A stretch of 64,000 nucleotides of DNA from NCBI GenBank assembly GCA_051530055.1, contig CM121342.1, forward strand, positions 11,981,480 to 12,045,479, in the 5' to 3' direction. Positions 38,501 to 51,420 of this stretch are shown here, piece after piece (the stretch's first letter is position 1; each line of letters starts with the position of its first letter). The notes below the pieces were generated by a model that saw only the letters and a list, made by a program, of their open reading frames with translations, ran no database searches and had not been told where the DNA came from. The translations under genes and the position numbers were made by a program. The stretch is from Neoechinorhynchus agilis. Taxonomy: Eukaryota > Animalia > Acanthocephala.

Positions 38501-41500
38501 AGCTCGTTAATCGTTTTGCTGAGCACCAGCTCGAGAGGTTTTCACAATGTCGCCAAATATAAAGTAGCTGTTTATACATCGCAACGAGTGTTAATAAGCT
38601 CGGGAACTCCTATTCAATGCAGCTAATGAATGCATGGCGACTAATCGAATTAAAGGCTTTCGTGAGGTCTATCTTAACTATGACAAAAAGAGCACCAAAG
38701 ACCATGTTCAGTAAAACAAATTTCAGCACGTTGAAAAAACACCTTATGCCCAAATACTTTCATGGATTTGTCCCAGCGAGGAGCGTCCCCCTCCCTTTTA
38801 TCGGAATTAAATGATTTAAATTCAATGTCCATGCATGTAAATAAAATTTTAGTACAGCTTTATCTTAACAAAGCTTTCGATTCACTTAATCGGGAATTCT
38901 TATATCAATCTCTTGGCTCTTTCAAATTACCAGTAAATTTAGTTTATAAAATTAACAATAGTTTAGAAACAAAATCTTTTTACTATTAAGTTGACCCTGA
39001 CCGCAGTTGTTTCCACAATAAGTACGGAGTCCTTCAAGGTTCACCTCTCTCCCCAAAGCACTTCCTGTTAATCATGATGTGCATAATCAAGAAAATGAAC
39101 AAATGAAGACATATAATCTCATTAATATATTCTGGAAAAACAAAATCCTGTCACAATTTATTTTACAATCCCGATAATGACAAATACATCACGCTCTCTT
39201 CTGGGTCTCCAATTTTAATGGAATTTGAAATTGGACTCTCACATCACTCTCTCGCTCAAGCACAACACCTTTAAAATTTATCTCCTCAAACGCCTCTGAC
39301 ATTTAGGAATCCCTTCACCCGATCTATCTAAATCCCTCACCCATGGTTATCCCGTCTTTTGCAACCTTTCCAAATTTCAATTACGTCGTCTTGATATTCT
39401 TCATAAAATAGCATCTAAAATTTGCACAGCTGACTTTACCCCTTTTACCGAACGCCTTGATACTATTTTCATAAAACAATCAAAACGCCTATTAACCCTA
39501 CCATCACAATTTCTTCCACATATTGCCCCCTTTTCTCATGAGCACAGCACTCGTAATCCTAATCCGTTTCATCCTTATGTACAATCTTCTCGGATATCAG
39601 AACTTGAAATAAGCCTGAGGAAAGACCAACCTTACAAGCACTCCTACAAACAATAACCACCAATTCCCACAGGGACGGATCTTCCAACCCAACCGGATAT
39701 CCCCAAACGAACGGACATATGTCCACCCGAACGAACCTCCCCCGACTGGATAGTCCCATCCGAATGGGCATTCGTCCGTCCAGATATTACCACCCGAACG
39801 GACATCCCTCGACTAGATATTCGAATCATAGTGGATACGCTTTTTTTGGGACAACTGTGAACTCGAGTGCTTATGAGGACCCAAAGGTACATGGGTCCTA
39901 TACAGTATTTTTTACTAATAAACGTGCTATTATTATTAACGTAGTACGACAGTGTACCCGACCAATGAAATCGTGCAAATCATAAAACGGTATGGGACAA
40001 ATATTGCGAAAATATGAATGAGAGCATATTGGTCAAAGTCTACCGAGAATACCAAAGTATGCACATCATGTTTGGTCCCACATTTCAAACAGAGTCCTTA
40101 TATTTTTAGGGGACACTATCCAATAGCAAGAAACCCCATCACAATCAGCCCACAAACAACCAAACGACAATAAAAACAACTCGCCCTCGCCCTCGTTCGC
40201 GTCTAGTGGGTGAATTTTTTTCTTTACAGTTCTCTGGTTCGGCTAATTAGCGCCACGACGACTGAGGTATTTGCGTTTTGTTGTCCTAACTTGACGCGCG
40301 GATTGATTCAGTTCGATCGATTGGCGATAATATCGTAGAGCTTCCGTTGAGAGTTCTCGGGTGAATTGCGGCGTTTTTTCGAGGACCATCTTTTGCAATG
40401 GATCAAAATGGTGACCCCTCTGATTCTGTCGATCGATTACCCCTTGTACAAGCAAGCATTGGATTCCAGCAATATGAGATTATGTGGTAATAATCAACAA
40501 GGGTTAGACATGGGTTCGTCCTCAGAACATTTTCAACCATCATTACCCATCGCACGACAATCGGACAACGTCGAATTCAATGATGATGACGCAACAGCTT
40601 TACAACAACACGCCGAGGTATCGAACCTCCGGGCCATCTCTTCTCTGAAAGGTTTTTGTTCGGAGTGTGGTGGTTCTTATTGCCTCAACGAATCCGGGTT
40701 ATTTCCGATGCACGGTTCCTTCAGATCCCGCTGTTCTGGTTCCTTCCGCCCCAAGATCTGTCATTTCGGACCCACTACCTCATCGGAATGTCCCAGCGCC
40801 TCAGATCATTCCACGTTATTCCCCGATAATCCTGAAACGGATCCGAAAGGGCGCTCGGTATCAGATGACGAAGTCATTTAGTGCTTGGCTTGGGGATTGC
40901 TTAGAGAACGGCTCTTCCATTGCATGGATACGTCTCTTCGCTTTTCCCAGGCTGGTTCTTCGCGCTGGTGATAGTTCTGAGGGGTCTTTGGTCAGCTCAA
41001 TTAAAGAAAGTCGTCTCCTTCGATCAACTCTTTTCAGACGCAATTCGAGCTACCTATCGAGGGCCTTCAGAACACCCTGCACACGGTAATTTTCCGGCTA
41101 GGTCCATAGGGGAACGCGCCTCCTCGAAAATTGCGGATGGTGATGCCCGGGGAGCTGTTCGCATCCTTTCCTCTTCGGAAGTATTTGCCCAGGTTAACGA
41201 GGAAACTCTCGAAACCCCGAACCAAAAACATCCTCCATCGGAGGCACTAAAAATCCCAACTTTTCCAATCACTGCCTCGAAGTCTCCCTGCTCTGTAAAG
41301 GAACTCAATTCGGCGATATCCTCCTTTGGTAGTGGATCCGGTCATGGGTTAGACGGGCTTAGGCCTCAACACCTCGAGAACATATTGTCCTTCTCCGTGG
41401 GTGAAGCCGCTCAGGGCCTTTCGAATAGATTGACCCGCACGTTGATCTGCTCGTTGGTGACGAATTGCCTCCCGTGGCAATTCAATTGTTTTTCGGCGCT

Positions 41501-41908
41501 TCACATTGTACCCTTAAAAAGAAAGACGGTAGAATTCGTCCCATCCCTATAGTATCGACACTTCGGCGTCTTGCGGCAAAGATTCTTTGCAAACGTCTTG
41601 CAGTGGATCTCGGCGAACTTTTCCGCCCGGTAAAACTGGGTTGCTGTACGCCTTGCGGAGCCGAAGCTGTCGTGCACGCACTTCGCTATTTTGTCACAAA
41701 CAGTTCAGAGTCCTGTGTTGTGCTCAAGTGCGACTTCCGGAACGCCTTCAACTGTGTTGATCGCAGTGTGCTCCTAGAAGCTGTCGCAACTTACGCACTG
41801 GACGCATACCAGTATTTCCTCAACACTTATGGGACTGAGACTCCTCTTGTTTTCAACGACCATATCATCTGGTCTCAACGATGTATCCAACAAGGGAATC
41901 CTCTCGGT
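32089..41908 (+). repeat. Segmental duplication, copy B
   Basis: See 1-9820. Confidence 0.97.
36907..37482 (+). CDS. Secreted Cys/Pro-rich repeat protein, duplicate of 4819-5394
   Basis: Identical 191-aa translation in the ORF track. Confidence 0.88.
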   Translation: MVFVHLLLALFVTSKTFSAMEISDLMQTGDEPNATIIEERGCGCLICPELDCCSAPKIIHVTTCPPTCKPYCPQPSPPTCQPPCRPHYQPPCPQPCPPPCPPPCPPPCPPPCRPHCPPPYPPTCPPPCRPHCPPPCPLTCQQYYPPTCPPVCQSAYPAPCQQCHDVMDQGCNIPAHCKYQNVCPPKDIGCC

Positions 41909-42121
41909 CCTGTGCGAAATAAAACAGAACCGCTAGTGCGAGAAGTTGAATTAATAGAAGCGAATTCAGCACATGCAAGAATACGATATGAAGATGGTAC
42001 GGAAAGTTCAGTTTCGAGCTTCGGTCGAGAAATCTCTATGCTTTTGGCGTATATACACCGACCTCCTCGTCAGATGAAGAGGCGGTTGAAGGATTTTATG
42101 GAAATCTAGCCGAAGCATTAG

Positions 42122-42874
42122 ATGATGTACCGAACAGAGACGATGCGTGCGGGACGTGCATCAGGCCCAGATGGGATAATGGCAGAGGTTCTGAGGTTTG
42201 AATCTATTGCCAGAAAAATCATACCTATAATGAATGGCATAATGAATGGTGGCTCAGTACCTCAAATCTGGCAAACGGCGCATTTAGCAATGATCCCCAA
42301 GAAATGCTGCTCGACAAAGGTGGAGGACTACAGAGGTATATCCTTGATGTCCAACACGGCAAAACTTTTCAGCAGCATTTTGAGACGCCGAATTCAGCCA
42401 ATCCTCGGACCGTTTCTAAGAATTGAACAGAACGGCTTCAGGAAAGGTCGAGGCACCACAGAGCTCATATTGGCTTTGAGGAGGATCCTCGAGGAGGCAC
42501 GGATTCATCAAACGGATGTGACGCTGGTATTTGTTGATTTCTGTCGAGCTTTCGATTCGGTAAATCGAACGATGATTGGCGGTATCTTAAAGGAGCATGG
42601 AGTGCCGCCGATCATTGTCACATCCGTTATGACATTATATAAAAACACAAGGTCCGGCGCAAAGACAGCTGACGGTTTGACAGAATACTTTTCCACCACT
42701 TCAGGTGTTCTGCAGGGCGACACATTAGCTCCTTTCCACACCACCTTGGTATGTCAAAGTGCGTACCCAGCTCCATGTCAACAATGCCACGATGTTATGG
42801 ATCAAGGATGCAACATTCCGGCACATTGCAAGTACCAGAATGTTTGCCCACCAAAGGATATTGGTTGCTGCTAG
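42122..42874 (+). other. Chimeric ORF: RTE RT fragment fused in frame to the C-terminal ~41 aa of a Cys-rich paralogue
   Basis: RT match ends at 42737 (QGDTLAPF). From 42749 the sequence matches 5269 onward, including the stop codon and 3' flank. Confidence 0.8.
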
Positions 42875-43899
42875 AAATGGTAAAATTTGTAGCCATTTCA
42901 TAGAACAATTAGATAGATGGCAAAATCGTAGAATGCCACACTTAGATGTTAGAACGCAATAAATATTCCATTTAATTCTTTTATTGTCTGAACTTCGTGG
43001 TTTACTCATCGTAAAGTAGTGTTTTTGGTATTATTAGATAATTATTTTGTTATTAATTTCTAAAAGTCCCGGTGGCAACGGAGGAGTATCTTATAAAAAC
43101 AGATCGCTTCCCTGGGGTCCCCTGATCTTGCGCCATTTTCCAACTTTGGTTAAAAATTCTGCTTTGCTTGTTCCGATGGTGCCAATTGTCTCAATGGCGA
43201 GATGTTGAAAAATTAAGAGCGACGTATCCAGGCATTTGTAGGGACATGTTGCCTTTTGCAATCGCATTCGGGCAGGCGAAATACTATTAAACGACCGCTT
43301 TTCCATGGAGCTGTTGATGCGCTGTCGAGTCTTCCCGTCATCTCTGCTTAAACCGAACGGTTCGAGGAGAGATGGAGTGGTGTTGCCATAGCCCTACATT
43401 TTAGAGCATCACAGCGCTTTAGCAATTTTGCCTGGCCATTGTTTTTGAGTGATCGATGCCGCAGGTTAAAGTGTTGTCCGTCTTGACATCGAACTTGCAT
43501 GTCGCCGGGGCCGAAGCGAGACCAAAGGAACGGTCGTCCATTTTAGTACCAATCGACGGGTTTGACGAAGCGTTAAAAAAACTACGGGACCCTTTAGTTG
43601 CAGCGATGACTAACCCAATTACTATTTTACGAACGAACCACACACGATTACACACGCTGGGATGTGATACAAGTTTTCGATCCCAAAGGACTGATTATTC
43701 CAAAAAGAGATATCCGGGATCGAATCGAAAATTTGCGTTGTGATTAGTGGAGAATTGGAGTCACTTAAGTTAACACATGATACGCATCTATTTGTTTGGA
43801 CCGATATTCTGAAAGGCAGACGCAGGTATCGGGTTAGTTTTACTCGATAAGTGTAATTTCACCTTAATGCCCTTGATTTCAGCCGTCTTTTCCTTGAAT

Positions 43900-45410
43900 A
43901 AATTTGTCAACTCCTCCCGAATGCTTCCAGCGTCGTTCTCCAAATACATTGTCCTGATATAAACTTGATGCGGTAGTATCATTCTGAAGGCTCTCGACCA
44001 CTGCAATCCGAATAAACATTTCGTGGTGTGATTGACCATTGTCCTCTCTAATTTTCTCGACTTATCATTCAACCAAACAGTCGCTTCTCAACTTCCTAAC
44101 GTGTCAACTTTTACCCTTCCATATCCTTTTCATCTCTCAATATGACGCTAACATCGGCTCTAGTATTGTATTGCATGGTGGCCCAAATTCTGTTTATATT
44201 TACATGGATTGTCGCCTCTTTGTATCCTTTCACCATTCTAATCACATCAACGTGAAATCTATCATCATCTTCGTGTTCAACGTGCAAGGTGTTCCCACCC
44301 GGAACCCCAACCTTTTTCATCCCCCCCTCGCTCGTACTACCCTCTACCAAAAATCTTTCTTCCCTCAAGCCCAATCTTTCCTTAATAACCGGAGAACAAG
44401 GAAAGACTCCTAATCTGTCATTCTCCTGTAAAACTCCCCAAAGACAAATCCCACCTCCCTGCCCCAACATCCGACATCCAGACAACTTCAGCAAAGATAG
44501 ATGCTGGCAAGTGTATGGATCGTTTTTCTTAATCAATAAAACGTGTTTATATTTATAACATTTGCTACTTCTTGCCAGAAAATCGCTTTCCTCATGCTTC
44601 AATCCATATCTTAGGCACTCCTTATATTTTAAGTGGAACACCTTATGTACTTCACTTTCGATATATTGATCGCTGGAAATCTCCTTTAGTACTGACGTAG
44701 TAGCCTCAAATCTATATGCGATTTCCTCCAACATCATAAGTTATCTCCTCAATCTGCAAAACTGCGGTGTGTAGGTAGGATCACAATACCCCTAATCCTA
44801 TCTCCCGAGGCTTTTGTTCGTATGTTATTATTAAAAAAATTTGCACCGTTCATCTGCTGCTCTCAATTCTTTGCAAACCATTGTGCACACGTTAATCAGT
44901 GTTTTTAGGAATTTATAACACGCCGTTCCCTCGTATACCTGGGAACCATACATCTCGTGTAATTTCTTCGTCAAATCCATATAGGACGAGCGTCTTCCAA
45001 AGCTACAACGGTAAACATTTTTCTCAGCAATTTGAACGTTTGTGGACGAAGCCACGAGATCAAACACACCTTCTTTCTTTCCATATCCTGCACTTCGTTT
45101 TAATTGAAGTGCTGTTCCAACTGCAGATAATGATCTGCCTACTCCTCTTCCTCTGCGTCGAATTGCCGGAGTGTTGATAAAGTTGCTCCGGCTTTTCTGT
45201 TGATCTGTTCACTCTTGTCCTCGCTGATATTCCGTACGGTGTCCCATGACTCTTTTTTCGATACCAGTAAACTCATAAGCTCCGATTGATTCTTCAGAAT
45301 CTCGATAATTGTTCTCTTTGGGTTCCGATCACACTCGTCGCCAAAATGCGATCCACTCCATTCACTTAAATGAACACATGATGACGTTCGGAGTTTAAGC
45401 GTCAAACGTC
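43900..45410 (-). pseudogene. Unidentified decayed protein-coding-like region, interrupted by a LINE 3' fragment (44290-44520)
   Basis: Consecutive same-strand ORFs (45139..45405, 44831..45067, 44111..44737, 43788..44072) with protein-like composition; family not recognised. Confidence 0.35.
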
Positions 45411-45899
45411 ACTTTGAATGTAACAGATATCGAATGGAAAGTTGTGTGTTTTGTTTGAAACATTGAAGCTTTTGGTCTTACGAGCCTTAATTTAATAATG
45501 TCTTAAAAATAATCCAAAGGTATTACATCCATGAAAATTCCACTGTGTGATAATGTACTTTTTCCGGTTATTTTAAATGACAATATATGATTTTTTGACT
45601 AGGATTCATCGTCTTAAAGGCTTGGTAGTGTTTTTAGGTTTGATAGATGGCAAAAACATGCGATAATTACACTTCTTTGATCGAAAACAAATCGAATGAG
45701 ATGTAAAGATTTAGTTTTTAGAGTTTTGCGATTTCTAGATGGAAAATTCGTAAATTGGAAGCGCCACAGAACCATTTTGAGTTAAGATTTCATGAACTAG
45801 ATTTGGTTTTGTAGAATATTGAATGATATCATTATGATATAATTATACAAGTAAAATGTGTAAGGAAGGCGACGACTTAGTTAAAGCGTACGATAAATC

Positions 45900-46330
45900 G
45901 TCTGACACGTATCTAGTTGGCTTGTACTGATTAAGCTCTAATGAACAAAACCAAAAAAACGATGTGTTCAAAATCTTCAGTCTTTTCTCATATGAAAAGC
46001 ACTTGGACATTGGATGGGCACAAATTTGAGGCAATCAATCGCGTACATATCTGCCAGTAAATAACTTCTTTTTCTATCGATTTTAGACATCAATCACCCA
46101 AACGAGATCGCAGCTTCAGAGGCGACATTCTTGGGCTTTTACTTCATACAACCAAATATCTGCCTACTCACGATTTCATCAGGCACGATACTCAAAGTAG
46201 GCCGGTGTAAGGCAAACATTCACAGGTTAAAAAGACTTCGAATATGCCACTAGGTTTTATCGCCAACGTAGGACCGCACTTCGAAGATAAGTAACTGGCG
46301 TTCGAAAATGTGCCCCATCTACTAAAAATT
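45900..46330 (-). pseudogene. Heavily decayed CMGC (MAPK/CDK-like) kinase C-lobe
   Basis: Scattered motifs in expected order across frames: YL.S...IKPS.IF, IFGL, KAQE, KKLFTGRYVRD*LPQIC, KR...TSFF. Confidence 0.3.
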
Positions 46331-47129
46331 ATACAGTCATGAACAATAGTAGCCTGAGGAATCAATTTCAGCATAGTTCACCGTGTGGCACCGACCGATC
46401 AGTGAAACAGACGCTCGATCGTTCAATGTCACTAAATTGTGTAGCATCAAGCACTATGGAGTCATGTGAAATCAGGACAAGGCGATACGATACGAAAGAG
46501 TTTAACAAACGACTCCATTCAAACAACTTACAGACCATGATGTCTTGAAATCGCAGAGAAATTTGCGATTGAGTGACGAGTCAGGCTCTTTGAAACAATA
46601 ACGATCTTAGCTTTCGATTCCAATAAGTCCATTCGTGGTTAAACTAACGCGGCCGTACACTTATATACCAATATATTTCAATTACAATGTTTGCTTCTAA
46701 GACAATAGAGGTGGTTTCACCTCACTAGCACAAGACGTTGCTCAGTCGGATGTGGCTGCGAATATGATATTCACAGTCACCATTTGCGTTTTACACGTTC
46801 CAGGAGATCTGCATTTCGCAAAACTATCGAACGACGCTCCAACTGACCCACCGCAAACACGGTCCCATTTTGTTTCACTGAGCGTCAAAATGGTATCGCT
46901 GTGCGAAATAGTTGAGTATTGCGGAACTGGCATCGGTGTCCACTGAACGAATAAACTAAAGTTGACTTTCAACTTGTTCGTTCGCAACACCTCACAGAGA
47001 GCATCGTAGGCCCGTGATGCCGAACGATATTCGTGATTGGAGGCTATTTGAATGCTGCGATAGTTTTTACACCAACCCTAGCGAGCATTTTTGTCATAAA
47101 ACCGGATACTCTCCGCCATCTCCGAATTC

Positions 47130-47690
47130 GAAAATCGGCCGAGGTGCTTTTGGTTTACTCGAAGCTTGTTCTAGAACTCACGATCACTGTGCCGTGAAAA
47201 CAATTAAACGAGATATTTTATCCAAACCAGGCAAACAAGGCGACCAATCTACAAAAAAACAATACTGAGTATCATATTTCATTCAAATATTTTGGACTTC
47301 TGGAGATCGTATAAGGATAGCGGCTATTTTTACATTATGATGAAATCAATACCGAGCGATGATTTGTATGAACATTTGCGTGCAAAACGACGATTTACTT
47401 AGGACGAAAGTATATTGATCTTAGCTCAGTTTGTCCTCGTTTTCGATTACTTGCATAAAATTAATGTTGCTCATAATTGTATTAATGCTGAGAAGATTTT
47501 GGTAGAAGACAGCGGCTATGTAAATGTAATCGACTTCAGATTCGCTAAATTCTTAAACGAGAAAGCGATGACTATCTGCCGAACTGCAGAATACGGGGCC
47601 TTAGAAGTGGCCGGACGACTTGGATAAACAGCGAGTTGCGATTGGTTGGCACTTGCCGTTTTAGCCTGCGAGCTTCAGGTGGAATGAAGA
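47130..47690 (+). pseudogene. Decayed PKA/PRKX-like (AGC) kinase
   Basis: KIGRGAFG...AVKTI; HLRAKRRFT*DESILILAQFVLVFDYLH...SGYVNVIDFRFAK...TICRTAEY..LEV...CDWLALAVL follows the PKA catalytic domain. Stops are present and HRD/DFG are altered. Confidence 0.75.
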
Positions 47691-48056
47691 TTCTGGCCAA
47701 AACCCAATACGAGAGGTTGGACTTTTGAAAGTTAATCCAGATAGACAATATGAATGCGGAAAAGTGGAAATGATAAGATTAAGGCTAGCAAGTTCATTCA
47801 AGTGATTGGCTTGTCAAATATGTTCCAACGAAATGTAACGATGATATATAAGCCGGCTATTCATCCGGTCGAAAAAAAACCAAAATTAGCGCTCGTTTCC
47901 TTCAAAAAAATGGTGCAATGAAGCTATGACAGTGTACTTCTCCCCGGCAATATTTGAGAAATAGTATAAACTTTTATTCAGATGTAAAAGGTTCCTCGGA
48001 GGTATTATAATGTTGTTGAGGTGATTCCTACCCTCCGGACAATAAAGATGTTGATT

Positions 48057-48100
48057 TATTGCGATATTTCGCTGGGCAAATCCAGCATTCTCAAGCATTA
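48057..48100 (-). ncRNA. Degenerate minimal hammerhead ribozyme downstream of the PLE fragment
   Basis: TAATGC-TTGAGAA-T-GCTGG/CCAGC-GAAA-TATC-GCAATA; stems intact (one mismatch) but two core changes relative to CUGANGA. Confidence 0.55.
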
Positions 48101-48500
48101 ATCCAACTTCAAAAAGTTAAAAATTAAATTCGTTTGGTTATGTGATCGCATTTTTGCGCCATTGATTCGTAGTGGATGCCGTACCTAGGAATCCCGGGAG
48201 TGCCACGCCCGTGTTTCCGGACTGTTGTTTTGGTCCTCTGCAACCCCTGAGATTGTACAATGGAGGTAGTTTCAAACTAAAGTTCGACTTATTGCCCTCC
48301 ATCGTATTTTTCGTCAAAGCAATCATCATTGCTTCCATTATAAGACGTCTTAGTAGGACATGTTGGGAAGAGATAAAGCTGGCTTCATCAAATGCTATAT
48401 TGTGCTGCATTCTCTCCGTGTGATTAGCGATTGCCGAAGAATGGTCAAATCGTTTGCACGCATATTTGCGCTGAGCAATCCGTATTAGCAACCCTTGTTG
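48100..48500 (-). mobile_element. PLE GIY-YIG 3' fragment
   Basis: SSAIANH...HNIAFDEA...RRLIMEAMMI...MEGNK matches the end of ORF 56224..57144. Confidence 0.75.
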
Positions 48501-48574
48501 GGTTTGGTCGATATACGAAGCCTTGCAGTCCTCGATCGACTCCTCCCTCTATAGGGTGTTCCGGTATGACAAAT

Positions 48575-49170
48575 GATCTCAATGGGATGCCCACATTTCA
48601 TTTACCCTATCAAAAGCAAACCCTAGTCTTTACCTTCTCAAACTCCTCCGGCGTCTCGGCGTATCCCCTAAACACCTTGCTCACTTTTATCTTTCTGCCA
48701 TCCTTCCTATCCTTACATATGCTTTCCCCACTTTCCTCGCCCTTTCCGTCAATGCTCTCCATTCCCTCGAAACCTTCCACAAGAGAGCAGCGAGAATATG
48801 CGGGACTTCACTCCCTCCCCTCGACGCCCACCTCCACTCCATTTTCCACCAAAACGCCCTCCGTCCACTCCAACCACTTCCACAATTTTCTTCCTTCATC
48901 TCTATATACTCTTCCTTCGTAAACACCCGTAACCCAAACCTTTTTCATCCCCGCTCGCTCGTACCACCTTCTACCAAAAATCTTTCTTCCCCAATCCCAA
49001 ACCTTCACTTAATAACCGGAGAACAAGGAAGACTCCTAATCTGTCATCTCCTTCACAAAGCCCCCGATCCCGCATCAACACCCCTTCAATAACCAGTCCC
49101 ACCTCCCTTGCCTTCAACATCCGTCATCCATACACCGTTTAGCAAAGATAGGTGCTGACAAGTGTGTGGA
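48575..49170 (+). mobile_element. LINE ORF2 C-terminus and 3' region (related 3' piece at 44290-44520)
   Basis: WDAHISFTLSKANPSLYLLKLLRRLGVSPKHLAHFY...TYAFPTF...HKRAARIC. Confidence 0.8.
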
Positions 49171-49175
49171 TCCTG

Positions 49176-49920
49176 TTGAGAACGCACTAAAATTGCAGTG
49201 CTCCGCGAAATGTTCGAATATTGTTGTCATTAGTCCATGATTCCTAGACGAATGCAAATCAATCGGTTGTTCTCCTTGGCATCCCAAATGTCGCGAGCAT
49301 TAGAGAAGTAAAAAGATCTGAATATTGTTAGTGGTGATCTACAACCAGGAAACATTATGGTGGTCAGTTGTCTAATTACACCTGAACAATTGAAACAGCA
49401 AGTTTTTTACAATGCTTAACCACTTGCTTGAACTTATAAACGAGAATCGAATTGATTCCACGGTCGCTATCAAACAAAAATGGATACATCGCTCAAATTT
49501 CGGAATAAAGAGCGGCGATCATTTTTGTGTTTGCTACGATGAAAAGAATGAGTATTATTTTGTGGGGATGAGCATTTGCGGAAACGGTAAATATTCGGAA
49601 ACGTTATTAAGAACAAAGCATTTGGCGTCAAGGGCGAAAACGTTTATTATTCTACAAATACGGTAATGTGTTTAGCCAAGTATTTATACCAAAACATTTA
49701 CATTTTGCTTTTATCCAATAATTAAAGTCACTCTTTTTCTATCTTTACTTAGAAAAGCACTGTATAAAAAATTAAGTTTGTTAACGATTTAAGAGACAAT
49801 CCATTACCCAATTCCTAAAAAGTCAAACATTTTAAGCTTTTTCATCTCGCAATCACACTTAAGTGCGATCGTTCTCAGAAATTTAAAATCACATTGATTT
49901 CTGCTTAAAATAAGTTCGGA
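49176..49920 (+). repeat. Diverged direct duplication of 51233-~51990 (kinase-relic 3' part plus flank)
   Basis: GAGAACGCACTAA...GCATTAGAGAAGTAAAAAGATCTG... shared, including the same stop codons. Confidence 0.85.
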
Positions 49921-51053
49921 CTTTCGAACTCTATTCTTTTACGCGACTACAAATATTAAAGACCATAATTAATTATTTATAAAACAAAAAGGTTTTTGTT
50001 ATTTCAAATTACACACCTTCATTGCCTTCCAGTTAAATGCGTTTGGAAAGTGCTAGGCATCTCCAATGACATTCAAAAACTTTATAAATAGAAATGATAA
50101 AATTTGTTTAAGATTTTGCTGATCTTAATTTGGCTTCTACGCGAGACCACAATGGATTATTTTAATTCTCTTTTTTAGAAATTACATCTATTTATATTAA
50201 AATGAGGTTAATGTGCGAAAATCGATCTACAAAGAAGAAACAATTGACCGATTGCTTTTATGAGCAATTACGTGATTCGCACTCATTGGCGATTCTTGGT
50301 AATTTTTTATATAGTTTGCCACAACTTGTTTTTCCATTAATTTAATGGGTTTTATTGATTGTGTACTTTTCGAGATAAGAGAATGTGGTTGAATTGTTTG
50401 CTCATCTTAATGAACTCGATTTCTTTTTTATGTGGCGGAAAAGATGAAGTGATTTATTATAAGTAAGATATTTCGGCACATACAAGCAAACCGGACTTTT
50501 TGCTCGTTAACGTTAGAAAGGAGTTTCTTAAATTAGTTAAGAAACGTTTTCCCAGTTCACTATCCGACCGAACAAGTTTTTTCATTTAAAAAACTCATCC
50601 CAATCGATTCGAATTCCCTTTTTTATGTCGCGAAAAAATTACAGTAATTTATTAGGTGCGATATTTCTGCGTTGTTCTTTAGTTTTAGGAAGGTGTTTCT
50701 CAAATCATAAAAGCAACGCTTTAACACCATTATCCAACCGGACAAGTTTTTTCATTTAATAAAGCTCATTCTAAATAATTCGATTTCTTTTTAATACGGC
50801 GAAAAAATTGAAGTAATTTATTAGTTTCCGCCAAATAAAAATGGCATGAACAATTCCATGTTCAACCAATTCGTGGCAATAACTCCAATACCATTTCGAA
50901 AACAATGTCAACAATAAACGATTGAATATAAAAACATCTGATATCAGTGTTTGAATACCGTGTGAATTTATGGATCCACTCGCGAGCTCTTTGAGACAAT
51001 GGTTCAAATTACGATCGAGAATATCAAGCCAGCGAAAGTTCACGACCACGATA

Positions 51054-51420
51054 ATGAGGTTTAAATACTTGGGAGATTTAATTGGCGAGAGCGGCTTCGG
51101 GCAAACCATGAAATGTAAACAGAAAGGATCCAACCGCAACTTTGCAATTAAGATCTTAAAGAACGCCATTAGGAACTTCGAAATCCATGATTGTGAAGTC
51201 AAGATGGTTAAGGCAATAAAAGAAGTCGACGGAGAACGCACTAATATTGCAGTGCTCCTCGAAATGTTCGAATATTGTTGTCATTAGTCCATGATTCTTG
51301 GACCAATGCAAATCAATCGGTTGTTCTCCTTGGCATCCCAAATGTCGCGAGCATTAGAGAAGTAAAAAGATCTGAATATTGTTCAGGGTGATCTACAACC
51401 AGGAAACATTATGATGGTCA
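51054..51420 (+). pseudogene. Decayed HIPK/DYRK-like kinase N-lobe
   Basis: YLGDLIGESGFGQTMKC...FAIKILKN...CEVKMVKAI...LLEMF...QMSRALEK*KDLNIVQGDLQPGNIMM. Confidence 0.65.

Noticed and set aside
44111-44290. START/CERT-like lipid-transfer domain resemblance (RIWATMQ)
   Set aside because: One short motif only; not supportable by eye.
50540-50825. Diverged ~100-bp direct repeat in AT-rich DNA
   Set aside because: Two old copies with no ends, structure or ORF suggesting function.
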